From positions 1-55,003 of the forward strand of contig JWZX01003342.1 in NCBI GenBank assembly GCA_001275005.1: DNA of 55,003 nucleotides, read 5' to 3'. The stretch is from Chrysochromulina tobinii (taxonomy: Eukaryota). The translations under genes were made by a program, and so were the position numbers. This document shows positions 45,736 through 55,003 of this stretch, piece after piece (position 1 is the stretch's first letter; every line of letters starts with the position of its first letter). The notes below the pieces were generated by a model that was not told the DNA's origin, did not search any database, and saw only the letters and a program-made list of their open reading frames with translations.

Positions 45736-48700
45736 TTAGTAAACCTCCTCTGCCGGCGCGAGCTCTGGGTGACCTCCTCGCAGGATGGGGCTCGACACGA
45801 GCGCGGCGGCGAACTCGCGGTCGCTTAGGTAGCCGCTTTCCCGGTGCGCGAGGACCATTCGCAGAATGCCGGCATTGTACCGCTCCTGCGCACGCTCGTG
45901 CCAGTGCCGCAGCCCACGCTTTTGCGTGCGCACCCAGCAGAAGTCCCATGCGATCGCCTTCACGCGTCGGTCAACGGCCCACTCGGCCGTCATAGCTCGC
46001 CACAGCGCGAGGGCGCGCGACTTATTCAAGCGCAGGCCAGTGCGGCGGTGGCCTGCATCAACGGCCCAGTTTGCGGACATAGCTTGCCACAGCAAAAGGG
46101 CCCACAGCTTATTTGAGCGTCGGCCAGTGCGGCGGTGGCCTGCGTCAACGGCCCACTCGGCGGACATGGCTCGCCACAGCGCGAGGGCACGCCGCTTCTC
46201 GAAGCGCAGGCCGAGGCGGCGATGGCACATGGCCAACGCCTGCTGGAGTATGCGGTCGAGCCACGCGGCCACCGCACATCGAACCGCCGAGAGCCGCACT
46301 CGCCGCGTTAAGGCTGCGAGAAGGCGACGTGGGGCGGCCCGTTCCTTCCATGCTTCCCAAGTGCGGGAGAGCCCTCGCTCGATCAGACGCGTCAGGCAGC
46401 CGCGCATCGCACCTTGCTGTTGCGCCCGCTGAACGCACGCGTCGTGCCAGCCTAGAAGCCCACGCTTGAGGTGACGGTTGATGAAGGCGCGAAGCACGAA
46501 GCCCATCGTCTTTCTGGTTTGCCCCACAGCCACCGACAGCTCCGCCCACGCGGCTACGGCGCGTCGAAGTGCTGCGTGCACCACCCGTCGCGCTAGGGCT
46601 GAAAGGGGACCACGCGAAGCCGCAAGCTGCGTCCATGCCACGAGGGCGCGTCTTACCGTCGAGATCGCCACCCGTTGCGCCAGAGCCCTCTTCATTTTAG
46701 GGCGGCGCGAGACCGCACGTTTCGCCCAGGCATCAAGTGCCCATTGACACGCCAAGAGCGCCACCCGCTGCGCCAGGGCCGCGAGCGGGCGGCGCGTGGC
46801 CGCGAGCGCCGCCCACGTGCGCAGGCTTTGGATGCTCGCGAACTTCAGCCGCAATCTTGCGAGCTCGAGCCGCGCCGCCTCAGGACTCACAATCAACCGG
46901 TGGCGCCGCCAAGCTCCCAAGGCCGAGGAGCGGCCGCAAAGGGCGCCGTAGCGGTCACCGATCTCGAGCCGTTGTGCATCGAGAATGTACGACTGGGCGC
47001 GCCAGAGCCACGCGACGAGGACGGCGCGGCGATGGCAGAGCTCGCCATAGTCCGCAGCGATCCGCAGCCGACGCGCTAGCATGAGAGTGGTCTGCACGTG
47101 CTGAAGCCAGGTTTGATGGGCCACGCGACACCGGTTGAGCGTGCCGGCATGGACGGCGAGGCCCAGCCTGCGTGCCTCAACCCAGACTGCCCGCCAGGCA
47201 CCCAAGCTGCGTATCATGGAGAGCGTATAGCCGGCCGCGGCCGTCACAACGAGCCGATCGCGACGCAACTGGTTCTGCCGGCGCCAGCGCTGGAGGCCCT
47301 CGAGTGCTGCCGGGCCGTGCCAGCCCGCGAGGGGTTCCACCCGTGGCACTGCCAGCGGCGGTGAGGGCACCGCGTTGCTGCCGAAGAGGCGCGAGGGCGA
47401 GGAGGCCACCGCTCGGCGGTAAAAGCTCGGCGGCGAAGCTGCCACCGTTGCCGTGGACTCTGCATTTGGGGTGGACGGAGGTGCGGGGGAGGCGGGCTCG
47501 CCTTCCTCCATGGCGGCGGTAGCCTGCGGCGCCGCCGGCGCATGACTCAGTGACGCAATGAGGCGGCGCGCCTGCTCGGGCGCGGACACAAAGTCGGGAA
47601 GGCCTGCCACTTTCTCGCTCAGCAACGCGATGAATTGCATCGCGCTCGCGACACTCGCGAGATTCGCCTGGTGGACCGCGTAGAGCACCGCGCGCATCTC
47701 TGTTGGCTTCAGACCCGAAGTGCCCATCGCGGTGAATCGGCTAGGGGGCAACTTGCGCACCTCGTCGAGGGATGTGACGACGAGCTTGAGCTCGGCACGA
47801 TAGCTCACGCGCCGCGCGAGCGCTCGCTCCTCGTCGTTGAGCTCCGTCGAGAGCGCACCCTTCTCCATTTCCGCCAGGAGCGGCAGCCATCGCGCGCGGC
47901 ACTCCTCAAACGCTGCCTGGTTCATGCGGTTCTGCTTGTCGCGCAGCTCGGGCTCCGAGGCGTGCTTGGCCGCGTCATGCTCGCGAGCCTCCTTCGCCGC
48001 CTTTTCTTCCTCGATGCGCCTCTCCATCAGCTTGATGCGGATCTGCTGTGGTTTTTTGACCACTTCGCCCAGCTTGATGACGATCATCTCGGCCATCCCG
48101 CGCACGGGCGGTGGCGTGTCCTCCCCGAGGTAGACGGTCGTGTACCAATTATACTCCTTGAGGATGTCCGCATCGGCCAGCCGCCAGAGATGAATGTCTC
48201 GCTCGAGATACTCGGCTGCACTGGCCGGGGTGCCTTCCATAATCTTGCGCATGATCACCGCCTTGATGCGCTTGTACCCCTCCCGAGCCTCACGGTCGAA
48301 AGTCGCCTGCTCGTCCTCCTCTTCCTTCGCCTTGTCGGCCGCCGCCTTTTCGGCCGCCGCCTTGTCGACCGCCGCCTTTTCGACCGCCGCCTCTTCGGCC
48401 GCCGCTGCCTTCTCGGCCGCCGCCTTCTCGGCCGCCGCCTCTTCCGCTTGTATCTTCGCCGCCTCCTCAGCTGTGACAATGGGCAGCGGCTGCAAGGAGC
48501 TCCGGCCGAAGGCAGCCGTGGCGATGACCACAGAGGCGGTGACCGTGAGCTTCAGGAACACGAGCACGGGCGAGCCCTCGCGCGGCGGATGCCACCCGCC
48601 CAAGTCATACCGCCGGACGCTCAGTTGAGCCCGGACGGGCCCGTACTCAAAGTACGGGCCCGCCGGCATCCGAATCCGCGACTCGGACCACGCACGATAG

Positions 48701-50010
48701 CCACGCTCGCTCAATGCGACGCGGCGTACCTTGCGGGGAGGTGGGAAGACGTGATCCGGCTCCTCGCGCAGCTCGGCCAACGCTGGAGGTAAGCGACGGC
48801 GGTGGAAGCGCGTGGCCTTCTCCATCAGGCCGCGCACCGCGACTGCACGTGCCCATCGCACCGTCGCCGACGCCAGCTGATTGCGTCGGCACGCCACCCG
48901 ACTGCACTGGCCTAAACGCCACGAGCGCCAACGGCCAAAGGCCGTCGTGAGCGGCAGTTTCGCGGTCGCGATTAGCCAGGCTCGAAGCCGGCGGCCTTCC
49001 CGGTGTGTCTGCAGCCGCTCAAACGCGCGCACGCTCGCCGTATGCTCGCGGTGCCCGAGGGCGACTCGGCAGTTGCGTGCGCTCACGAGGCGCAAGCGCC
49101 TGCGCTCCTCACGTATCTCGTGGGCATGAGATTGGACCTCGAGCAATCTGCCAAGTCCACGCCACAACCGGACGTGCACATAATGCCGGCGCGCCGTGCT
49201 CCGCGCCGTGCTTGCCGCCACGTCGCGCGCGAAGAGGTCGTCAAGGGCTCGAAGCACGCGATCGCATGATGCGGTCGCGTGGTGGGCCTCGCCACGGTCC
49301 TCCGACTCCGCACGCTGGGCCTCTTCGCTCCTTCGCGCCTGCCATTGCCGCCACGCACGCTCCTCGAAGAGAGTCGGCCGAAGCAACGGCACGGCTTCCA
49401 AGGCATCCTCGAGGGCTTCTTTTGCGGCCTCTAGGTCGCAGTGATTCTTGTTGAGCGCCTCCTTGCAGTCTTTGAGGGGTCGTCCCGTCAGCTTCTGAAG
49501 TTCCTGGATTTGTTGGAACGTGGCCTGCTTGTTGCTTGGCGGCGGCGCCAACGCAGCCGAGCTCCCATGTCTCCCTGCCGTCATCTGCGCCAGAGATTGC
49601 GGGCGTGGCGCTGCCGCGCTGTCGGAGACCGTTGGCGAGGGTTGCATTGAGAGCATCGAGGGCCGTGGCCACTCCATGGTCGGAGGCGTTGGTGTGGATG
49701 GCGGTTGCAGCGGCGTTGAGAGCATGAAAGGCCGTTGGCGCTCAGCGGTCGGCTTCGGTGTGTGATTTTGTGGTGTCGGCTTTGGTGTAGACGGCTGTGA
49801 CGGTGGCTTTTGCGGCTCTTTGCGCCCCAGCCACCTGCTGCCACTGCCACTCGCTGCGACTGGTGCTGCATCACCTGCGGTCCGAGGGCTATATGCGTAC
49901 GATGTGTTCTTCCAATTCGCGTGCTCCATCTTCGGAAAGCCGCATTTGCACGTCCCAAACGTTGCTGCGGCCGTGTCGATGCGATACTGCTCGCAGGGCC
50001 CTGTCTCCAT
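45736..50010 (-). CDS. Large mosaic protein: Cys/His motif, EF-Ts-like UBA, AAAEK coil, Trp/Arg-rich Sfi1-like repeats
   Basis: CEQYRIDTAAATFGTCKCGFPKMEH; IQELQKLTGRPLKDCKEALNKNHCDLEAAKEAL; periodic A..AW...W repeats; three 29-aa recent repeats near the C-terminus. Confidence 0.7.
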   Translation of the reverse strand: METGPCEQYRIDTAAATFGTCKCGFPKMEHANWKNTSYAYSPRTAGDAAPVAASGSGSRWLGRKEPQKPPSQPSTPKPTPQNHTPKPTAERQRPFMLSTPLQPPSTPTPPTMEWPRPSMLSMQPSPTVSDSAAAPRPQSLAQMTAGRHGSSAALAPPPSNKQATFQQIQELQKLTGRPLKDCKEALNKNHCDLEAAKEALEDALEAVPLLRPTLFEERAWRQWQARRSEEAQRAESEDRGEAHHATASCDRVLRALDDLFARDVAASTARSTARRHYVHVRLWRGLGRLLEVQSHAHEIREERRRLRLVSARNCRVALGHREHTASVRAFERLQTHREGRRLRAWLIATAKLPLTTAFGRWRSWRLGQCSRVACRRNQLASATVRWARAVAVRGLMEKATRFHRRRLPPALAELREEPDHVFPPPRKVRRVALSERGYRAWSESRIRMPAGPYFEYGPVRAQLSVRRYDLGGWHPPREGSPVLVFLKLTVTASVVIATAAFGRSSLQPLPIVTAEEAAKIQAEEAAAEKAAAEKAAAAEEAAVEKAAVDKAAAEKAAADKAKEEEDEQATFDREAREGYKRIKAVIMRKIMEGTPASAAEYLERDIHLWRLADADILKEYNWYTTVYLGEDTPPPVRGMAEMIVIKLGEVVKKPQQIRIKLMERRIEEEKAAKEAREHDAAKHASEPELRDKQNRMNQAAFEECRARWLPLLAEMEKGALSTELNDEERALARRVSYRAELKLVVTSLDEVRKLPPSRFTAMGTSGLKPTEMRAVLYAVHQANLASVASAMQFIALLSEKVAGLPDFVSAPEQARRLIASLSHAPAAPQATAAMEEGEPASPAPPSTPNAESTATVAASPPSFYRRAVASSPSRLFGSNAVPSPPLAVPRVEPLAGWHGPAALEGLQRWRRQNQLRRDRLVVTAAAGYTLSMIRSLGAWRAVWVEARRLGLAVHAGTLNRCRVAHQTWLQHVQTTLMLARRLRIAADYGELCHRRAVLVAWLWRAQSYILDAQRLEIGDRYGALCGRSSALGAWRRHRLIVSPEAARLELARLRLKFASIQSLRTWAALAATRRPLAALAQRVALLACQWALDAWAKRAVSRRPKMKRALAQRVAISTVRRALVAWTQLAASRGPLSALARRVVHAALRRAVAAWAELSVAVGQTRKTMGFVLRAFINRHLKRGLLGWHDACVQRAQQQGAMRGCLTRLIERGLSRTWEAWKERAAPRRLLAALTRRVRLSAVRCAVAAWLDRILQQALAMCHRRLGLRFEKRRALALWRAMSAEWAVDAGHRRTGRRSNKLWALLLWQAMSANWAVDAGHRRTGLRLNKSRALALWRAMTAEWAVDRRVKAIAWDFCWVRTQKRGLRHWHERAQERYNAGILRMVLAHRESGYLSDREFAAALVSSPILRGGHPELAPAEEVY

Positions 50011-50114
50011 TGCGGTGACCCAGGACCTTGCAGCAGGACCTGGCCACCCCGCGGCTCTCCCGAGTTTTAAGTCCGTTACGAGCATGAAGGTGTACAGAAG
50101 GAGTTTCACAGTCA

Positions 50115-50500
50115 ATGAATTACCGGTACCAGTGGCGCAAACGCGTGGGTTTAGGAGCGTCAGACTCGCTTGCGGAAAGCAAGCATGCGACGGAGGTGCG
50201 CGCTCTCTCACTCAATCGTCTACTCAAAGAGACCGTCACAAGGGCAGACTATGTTGTGCTCAAGGTGGATGTGGAGGCGTCTGAATACGAGCTCCTGGGT
50301 TGCCTGGCGCGCTCACCCTCACTAGCTTTGGTTGATCAGCTGCTACTCGAACGGCACGATCACATGTACAACGTCTCACTCCAGCGGCAGCACCAGCTAA
50401 ACAGTGCTTAAAACAGTGCCTTGGCTTCGATGGTCGATGCTATCGATGCGCGCGGCTGGACGTGGACCGGGTGGAGCTTGTGCATGTCGAGGCGAACTGG
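50115..50500 (+). pseudogene. FkbM-like methyltransferase C-terminal fragment
   Basis: VRALSLNRLLKETVTRADYVVLKVDVEASEYELL...VDQLLLERH matches the FkbM K.D.EG.E...E.H pattern. No N-terminal SAM motif; in-frame TAA within a 12-bp duplication. Confidence 0.7.
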
Positions 50501-50933
50501 ATATCTCAGAGAGAGATTTGTAAGTTCGACCAAACTACCCTACCAACTGGCACCTGACAAAACTACCCTTAAACTACCGGGGATCCTACTAAGACTACCC
50601 AACCAACTGGTACCCTGCCAACTGGATATGATACGGGGATCCTAATAATAAATAAAAGTACCTGACGAGCAGCACGTCCTGCACGTGCTGGAGCCGCGGT
50701 ACGCGGAGCAGCATGTTCCGGCAGCATTTACGCGTTGAAGCAGTGCGCAATCCCGTGTCTGTCCGTGCCGCTTTAGGACTTGTTGTAGAATGACAGACCG
50801 CCGTAAATTTCGATGCTTCTGTCATCAAGGCCGTGCACTTCCTTCCAGCCTGGCACCTTTCAACCGCAGCCGCACGACGCGAGCCATGTGGAGGTCGAGG
50901 AGTGGAGCTGCACTGGCATGTGTCAAGATTCGC

Positions 50934-52229
50934 TCAGGCACAGAGGCAGTCTCGATAAGTGCAACAGAGGGCCTTAGTGTTGATGCGACACGAGGGACGG
51001 TACGAGCGCATGGGGGTATAGGTTGCATTTTCGCTCAGCTGTCCACCACCCATCTTCAGACGCATTTGCAGCCCAGGGTAGCATCTGGGGAGAACTTCCT
51101 TCTGCGCGCCGGCTAGGTGTAACAGTGGAGCTGGCTTGGCAGGTATTCGCCAGTTGATTCCAGGCGAGGAGACGAGACTCGAGCCGAACGACGCAGCAGG
51201 GCAGACAGCTGTGTCACGCGCCGTTACGGGAGTGGGGGGGATTGCTGGGGGCTTGCTGCCTCGAAGGAATAACTGCCAACCATATCGTAGGTAAGCAATC
51301 TTCGTCATCTGGTCCCAACACTCAGTGAGCATGCCATCATGCTGTAGCAGGACACACGGAAGCGTCTCAAGGCGCGTGATATTTGTCGTTAAAGTCTTGC
51401 CAAGTAGGCCATGCACCGCCGCCGTTGTAAAGCCGGACTGGTCGCCTTCGACGCGCATGAAGTGACGCAGCGCGTACCAGTGGTCGATGAAGCGAAAAGA
51501 TCAGCATGACCGCCTGATCAAGAAGAAGCCCGCTGTGTACAGTCCTAAAGAGCCAGGAATGCTATTCTCTGCTACAATTAGGTTGCACGGCCGATTCGCA
51601 TTGTGCTGCTGAGCACGTGTGGTTGCTTCCAGCAGTTGCGCAGGTGTCTGCGTCTGGTTGAGGATGAGCACATCAGTGTCCGCCCACATGAGCCAATCGC
51701 CGGGCTCTAATCTATGCAGCGCGCGCTTGATAGCATGCGGCTTCCGAAAGTAGATGGCGTCTGTGTAGTTGCTGATGTCGTTGAGGCACTGCAAACCATG
51801 TCGTAGGCAGTACTCCGCTTGATTGCCCAGGACCATTTCAATATCGGGCCAACGCTTGCGGTAGTCGTTGTCTGCAATCCGAAGTATTGCCGCGAGCCTT
51901 CCTTGACCAGGGAGTGGCTCGGGCTGCTCGCAAACCGTTGAGGTTATCTCGTCCATTTGTTGTCGTAATGCAGCATCTGCCACGTCTGCCAGTGGATCAG
52001 GTGGCGGCATGAATGATTTACCGCATATTCGCCGGGACACTGGGTGCCTCGTGTCGTTGAATCGGGATACGCACGACAGATTGGCATGTCTGGCCACATT
52101 TCTAGCGGGTACCGGGTCCGCGCGCCGCATGTTTACCAATCGCTTTGTGGAAGAGTCATAGAATCCCTCGCGAACCCTCAAGATGCCGTTTCCTTTAAGT
52201 TTCCGAGTGCAGCAGAACCTCCTATCAAA
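50934..52229 (-). pseudogene. GT34 (galactosyl/mannosyltransferase-like) glycosyltransferase, disrupted
   Basis: YCLRHGL..YFRKPHAIKRAL..DWLMWADTDVLILN..LIVAEN..YTAGFFLIRRSC*SFRFIDHW..DQSGF. In-frame TGA at 51501-51503; upstream TGA at 52230-52232 and no TM anchor. Confidence 0.75.
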
Positions 52230-52276
52230 TCACAACCTTTTCATTTCACAATGCAATTTCACAATAAGTTGTCACG

Positions 52277-53425
52277 ATGGCCACGAGACGCATCGCCGAT
52301 GTGACCGAGACCGACATGTCGCCGCTCCAGAAACGGCTGCTCGCCACGTACATGAACGCGCTCGACGAGCAAGAGGAGAAGTACAGCGATGGCATGACGG
52401 ATGACGACGATGGCATGAAGACGGCACCGGCGCCAGCGCCCACGCCGCCGCCACCTCCCGCCGTCCCAATTCTGACGCCGGAGGTGGGCCCCATGCTGCC
52501 GACGCCCACGAAGTCGCGCTCCGACATCTATGCCAAGAAAATGGGCGACCTGCTTCTCAAGGGCTGGCGCATGCTCGGCGAGAACTGCCCCGAGACGGGC
52601 GAGGTGCCGCTCATGGCTCACCCGACCACCGGGCGCAAGTTTTCGATCGCGACTGGACGGTACACGGACGAGCTGCCTCCGCCGCCGGTCGCACCCGCAC
52701 CTGCGCCTGCGCCCGCACCCGCCCCGGCGCCCGCGCCCGCGCCCGCGCCCGCGCCCCCTTCGTCGCCCGGGGTGCCCGCGCCGCCGCGCGCCGCCGCCAG
52801 CAAGAGCGAGAGCGGCAAGAGCGAGAGCGACCTTTGGTGCGAGCACATGTCGCAGCTGATGCTCAAGGGGTGGACGATGCTCAATGAAACGTGCCCGGTC
52901 ACCCAGGCCGTCCCGCTCATGGGGCAGCCGCGCACGGGGCGCAAATTCTCCGTCGCGGTCATGAAGTTTCTCGATGAGCTCGAGGCGCCGGCTGCCGCAC
53001 CGGCCGCACCCGCCGACGTGCCTGCGTCGACCGCGCCCACACCGGCGCCGGCTCCCCCGATGCGTACCTCGAGCGCCGGCGTCTCATGCGGCCCGGTGCA
53101 CGAGCCCTCCTCCTTGGCCGCGGTTCAGCATCCGCAGCTTCCTAATATGGTTCCTTATCAGTCGAGCTTCGGCCAGCCGTCGGTCACTGCTTTAGCGCCG
53201 GCGCCAAGCACGCCCGCTGCCGTGGCTTCCACTGACGCGATTGGCACAAGCCTCGCATCGCTCCTCAACGCAGCCGCAGTGCTCTCTCAGCAGATGAGCA
53301 TCACCAGCGCGCAGCTCGCTACCGCTCCCTCGCCGCCTCCCTTGGACCTCATCCAAGCCATTAGTGAGATGGCCGACTCGATGACCAAGGTGGGGCTCGC
53401 GTACCGTCAGCTGAGCCGCGCCTAA
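52277..53425 (+). CDS. SSSCA1/ZNRD2-like (Auto_anti-p27) protein with two domain copies
   Basis: AKKMGDLLLKGWRMLGENCPETGEVPLM and EHMSQLMLKGWTMLNETCPVTQAVPLM; Pro/Ala linkers; C-terminal helical region. Confidence 0.85.
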   Translation: MATRRIADVTETDMSPLQKRLLATYMNALDEQEEKYSDGMTDDDDGMKTAPAPAPTPPPPPAVPILTPEVGPMLPTPTKSRSDIYAKKMGDLLLKGWRMLGENCPETGEVPLMAHPTTGRKFSIATGRYTDELPPPPVAPAPAPAPAPAPAPAPAPAPAPPSSPGVPAPPRAAASKSESGKSESDLWCEHMSQLMLKGWTMLNETCPVTQAVPLMGQPRTGRKFSVAVMKFLDELEAPAAAPAAPADVPASTAPTPAPAPPMRTSSAGVSCGPVHEPSSLAAVQHPQLPNMVPYQSSFGQPSVTALAPAPSTPAAVASTDAIGTSLASLLNAAAVLSQQMSITSAQLATAPSPPPLDLIQAISEMADSMTKVGLAYRQLSRA

Positions 53426-53678
53426 GGAAAACGCCTCGGGTGTGCGCCCACCGGCGGGAGAGCAGAGACAGGGGCGTGAGCGTGTAGGGTGCTCCTAGTT
53501 AGAGGTTCCGGTCGCAAGTGCAAGTCACTTGGCAAGTGCATCTTCGCGAGCGGTCACCCGTGATTGTGTTGTGTGTTGTGTGAACGTTAACACGACAGAC
53601 GCGACAACCGTGGTGTGTGCGTGCAGACGGCCAGACACCGCGACGAAACTCTTTCGTCAATCATTTTCTAGCTGCGCC

Positions 53679-54452
53679 ATGGCACGAGTCTTCACCTCCG
53701 AGGACGTCTCCAACATCCGCAACATGCTGCTGGGCGTCGACCAAGAGCCGGCGTATGACGCCGAGTTCTTCCTCTACGCCACCTCCTACTACGCAATCCT
53801 TCGCATCGCGTGCGAGTCATATTTCCCCGGACGCATCCGCGGCTACACCAAGCAGCAGTACGTTGTGTCGCTGCTGCACCAGGCGTGCGTGCTTCCCCTC
53901 TGCTCGCTCGCGTGGATGGCCAGCGTCTTTGAGGATACGCCCGCGCTCATCTACCTCTTGACGGGCGCGTACCTGGCGAGCGACTCCATCATCAACTACA
54001 CACCGGCGCACGGAGTCATTACGGGCATGGCGGGCCACAGCCGGCACGTGGTTGGAGGCGGACGCATCGGGCCCGACTTCTCCTGGGGCGTGCACGCGCA
54101 CCACATCTTCACCATTGTGCTCTGCGCGCTCGGGCCCAACCTACCGCCATGGCCGGTAGTCGAGGGCGCCTTCTGCATTCTGCTCGGCGAGGCGGGGAGC
54201 ATGTGGATCTCGATCACGTTGCTGTGGCCCAATCCACTTAACTACATGATCCGCTTCTGGGCCTTCCTGGTCACGCGCGTGCTCGCCTTCACGATTGCGC
54301 TCGACATCGCGCGCCAGATTTCGTACTGGCCCGTGCTCCTCGCGTGGCTCGTCCTCGTCACGGGGCTCTTTTTCGACAACTTTCGGACACTCTCTCGGAT
54401 GGCGGGCACGCGGAATGGCGGCGGCTCCGAGCACGGCAAATGGCCGCTGTGA
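53679..54452 (+). CDS. TLC (TRAM/LAG1/CLN8) domain membrane protein
   Basis: Multi-TM protein with VVSLLHQ, GAYLASD, HHIFT, LGEAGS, FLVTRV motifs. Confidence 0.75.
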   Translation: MARVFTSEDVSNIRNMLLGVDQEPAYDAEFFLYATSYYAILRIACESYFPGRIRGYTKQQYVVSLLHQACVLPLCSLAWMASVFEDTPALIYLLTGAYLASDSIINYTPAHGVITGMAGHSRHVVGGGRIGPDFSWGVHAHHIFTIVLCALGPNLPPWPVVEGAFCILLGEAGSMWISITLLWPNPLNYMIRFWAFLVTRVLAFTIALDIARQISYWPVLLAWLVLVTGLFFDNFRTLSRMAGTRNGGGSEHGKWPL

Positions 54453-55003
54453 GCCAGCGAGCTAGAGAGTTGCGCGCACTGCTGTGTGGTGTGTGGTCGC
54501 CGCCGCCATCCCTCAGCACACATGCCGCCATGTCGTTGCAGTACGCTGTTACACCAAGCCGAATAAATGCTGCGCTGGTGCGTGGTGGCCCGCGGCCCCC
54601 GCCGGCGCCGCCCCGGCCGGTCGCGTTTAGAAATATGATTGTCGCATGACGCATGTGTGCCGATCTTCCATAGGCTATCGCGCGCGACAGCGCGCCCCCG
54701 CAGAATCGCGAACGAATCATAAGTTTAAGTAATAAGCGAGCTTCGATCATCGCCTATCGCGTATAGGTAGTAGCTAGTACACCGCGACACTTGCTCCATT
54801 TTCAAAATCGATTTTCCCGACGGAGTGAGCAAAGGAGGAAGGGTTCTCGGCCGGCCGAGTATTAGTAAGTAAGTAAGTAACTCACGCCTATCGGCAGCGT
54901 AACGTGGCGAGAGAGTGAAGCTGAGATCAGGTCGCGCACCCGAACCGCGAGGATGGAAGTGTGGGAATTTTAGCGTCGTGACCGAAACAGCGCGTGCGCC
55001 CTG

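Noticed and set aside
40943..48792. Long plus-strand ORFs opposite Nup160 and the mosaic gene
   Set aside because: Shadow frames expected in high-GC coding DNA; no independent motifs.
51501..51503. Selenocysteine codon or alternative genetic code
   Set aside because: The position corresponds to Trp in GT34, the gene has other lesions, no SECIS was recognised, and TGA is a normal stop in neighbouring genes.
1..55003. tRNA, rRNA, snRNA or autonomous transposase/RT genes
   Set aside because: None recognised by eye; covariance-model and HMM scans would be needed to exclude them.

Overview
GC-rich, gene-dense eukaryotic nuclear DNA with spliceosomal introns and no prokaryotic features. Bipartite signal+transit peptides, NLRC3-type LRR arrays and introns full of 10-bp repeats suggest a haptophyte-like alga with a secondary plastid (inference). 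About 21 genes are supported: a 5'-partial NACHT-LRR gene, plastid-type ABC-F ATPase, DnaJ, endonuclease V, EF-hand/FAM166-like protein, ELMO-domain protein, PAN/apple membrane protein, Pro-rich membrane protein, DYRK-like kinase, stand-alone SRP54 M-domain protein, SAP-motif protein, CAMK kinase, filamin-repeat protein, F-box/ankyrin protein, IQ/EF-hand R-S-E ADP-ribosyltransferase, Nup160, a mosaic Sfi1-like protein, SSSCA1-like protein and TLC protein. There is also an island with two decayed genes (FkbM-like and GT34). Main observations: (1) a family of repeat-filled introns flanked by variable-length (about 8-35 nt) duplications of exon sequence, some stacked into compound or possibly recursive introns, pointing to recent intron gain; (2) an NLR-like gene with a fixed LRR scaffold, hypervariable surface residues, an inserted KOW/SH3-like domain and an orphan LRR cassette past the stop; (3) a possibly Ca2+-regulated toxin-like ADP-ribosyltransferase; (4) a plastid-targeted SRP54 M domain lacking the NG GTPase. 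Several +1 frameshifts look like long-read errors. All assignments are by-eye motif recognition; no searches were run.
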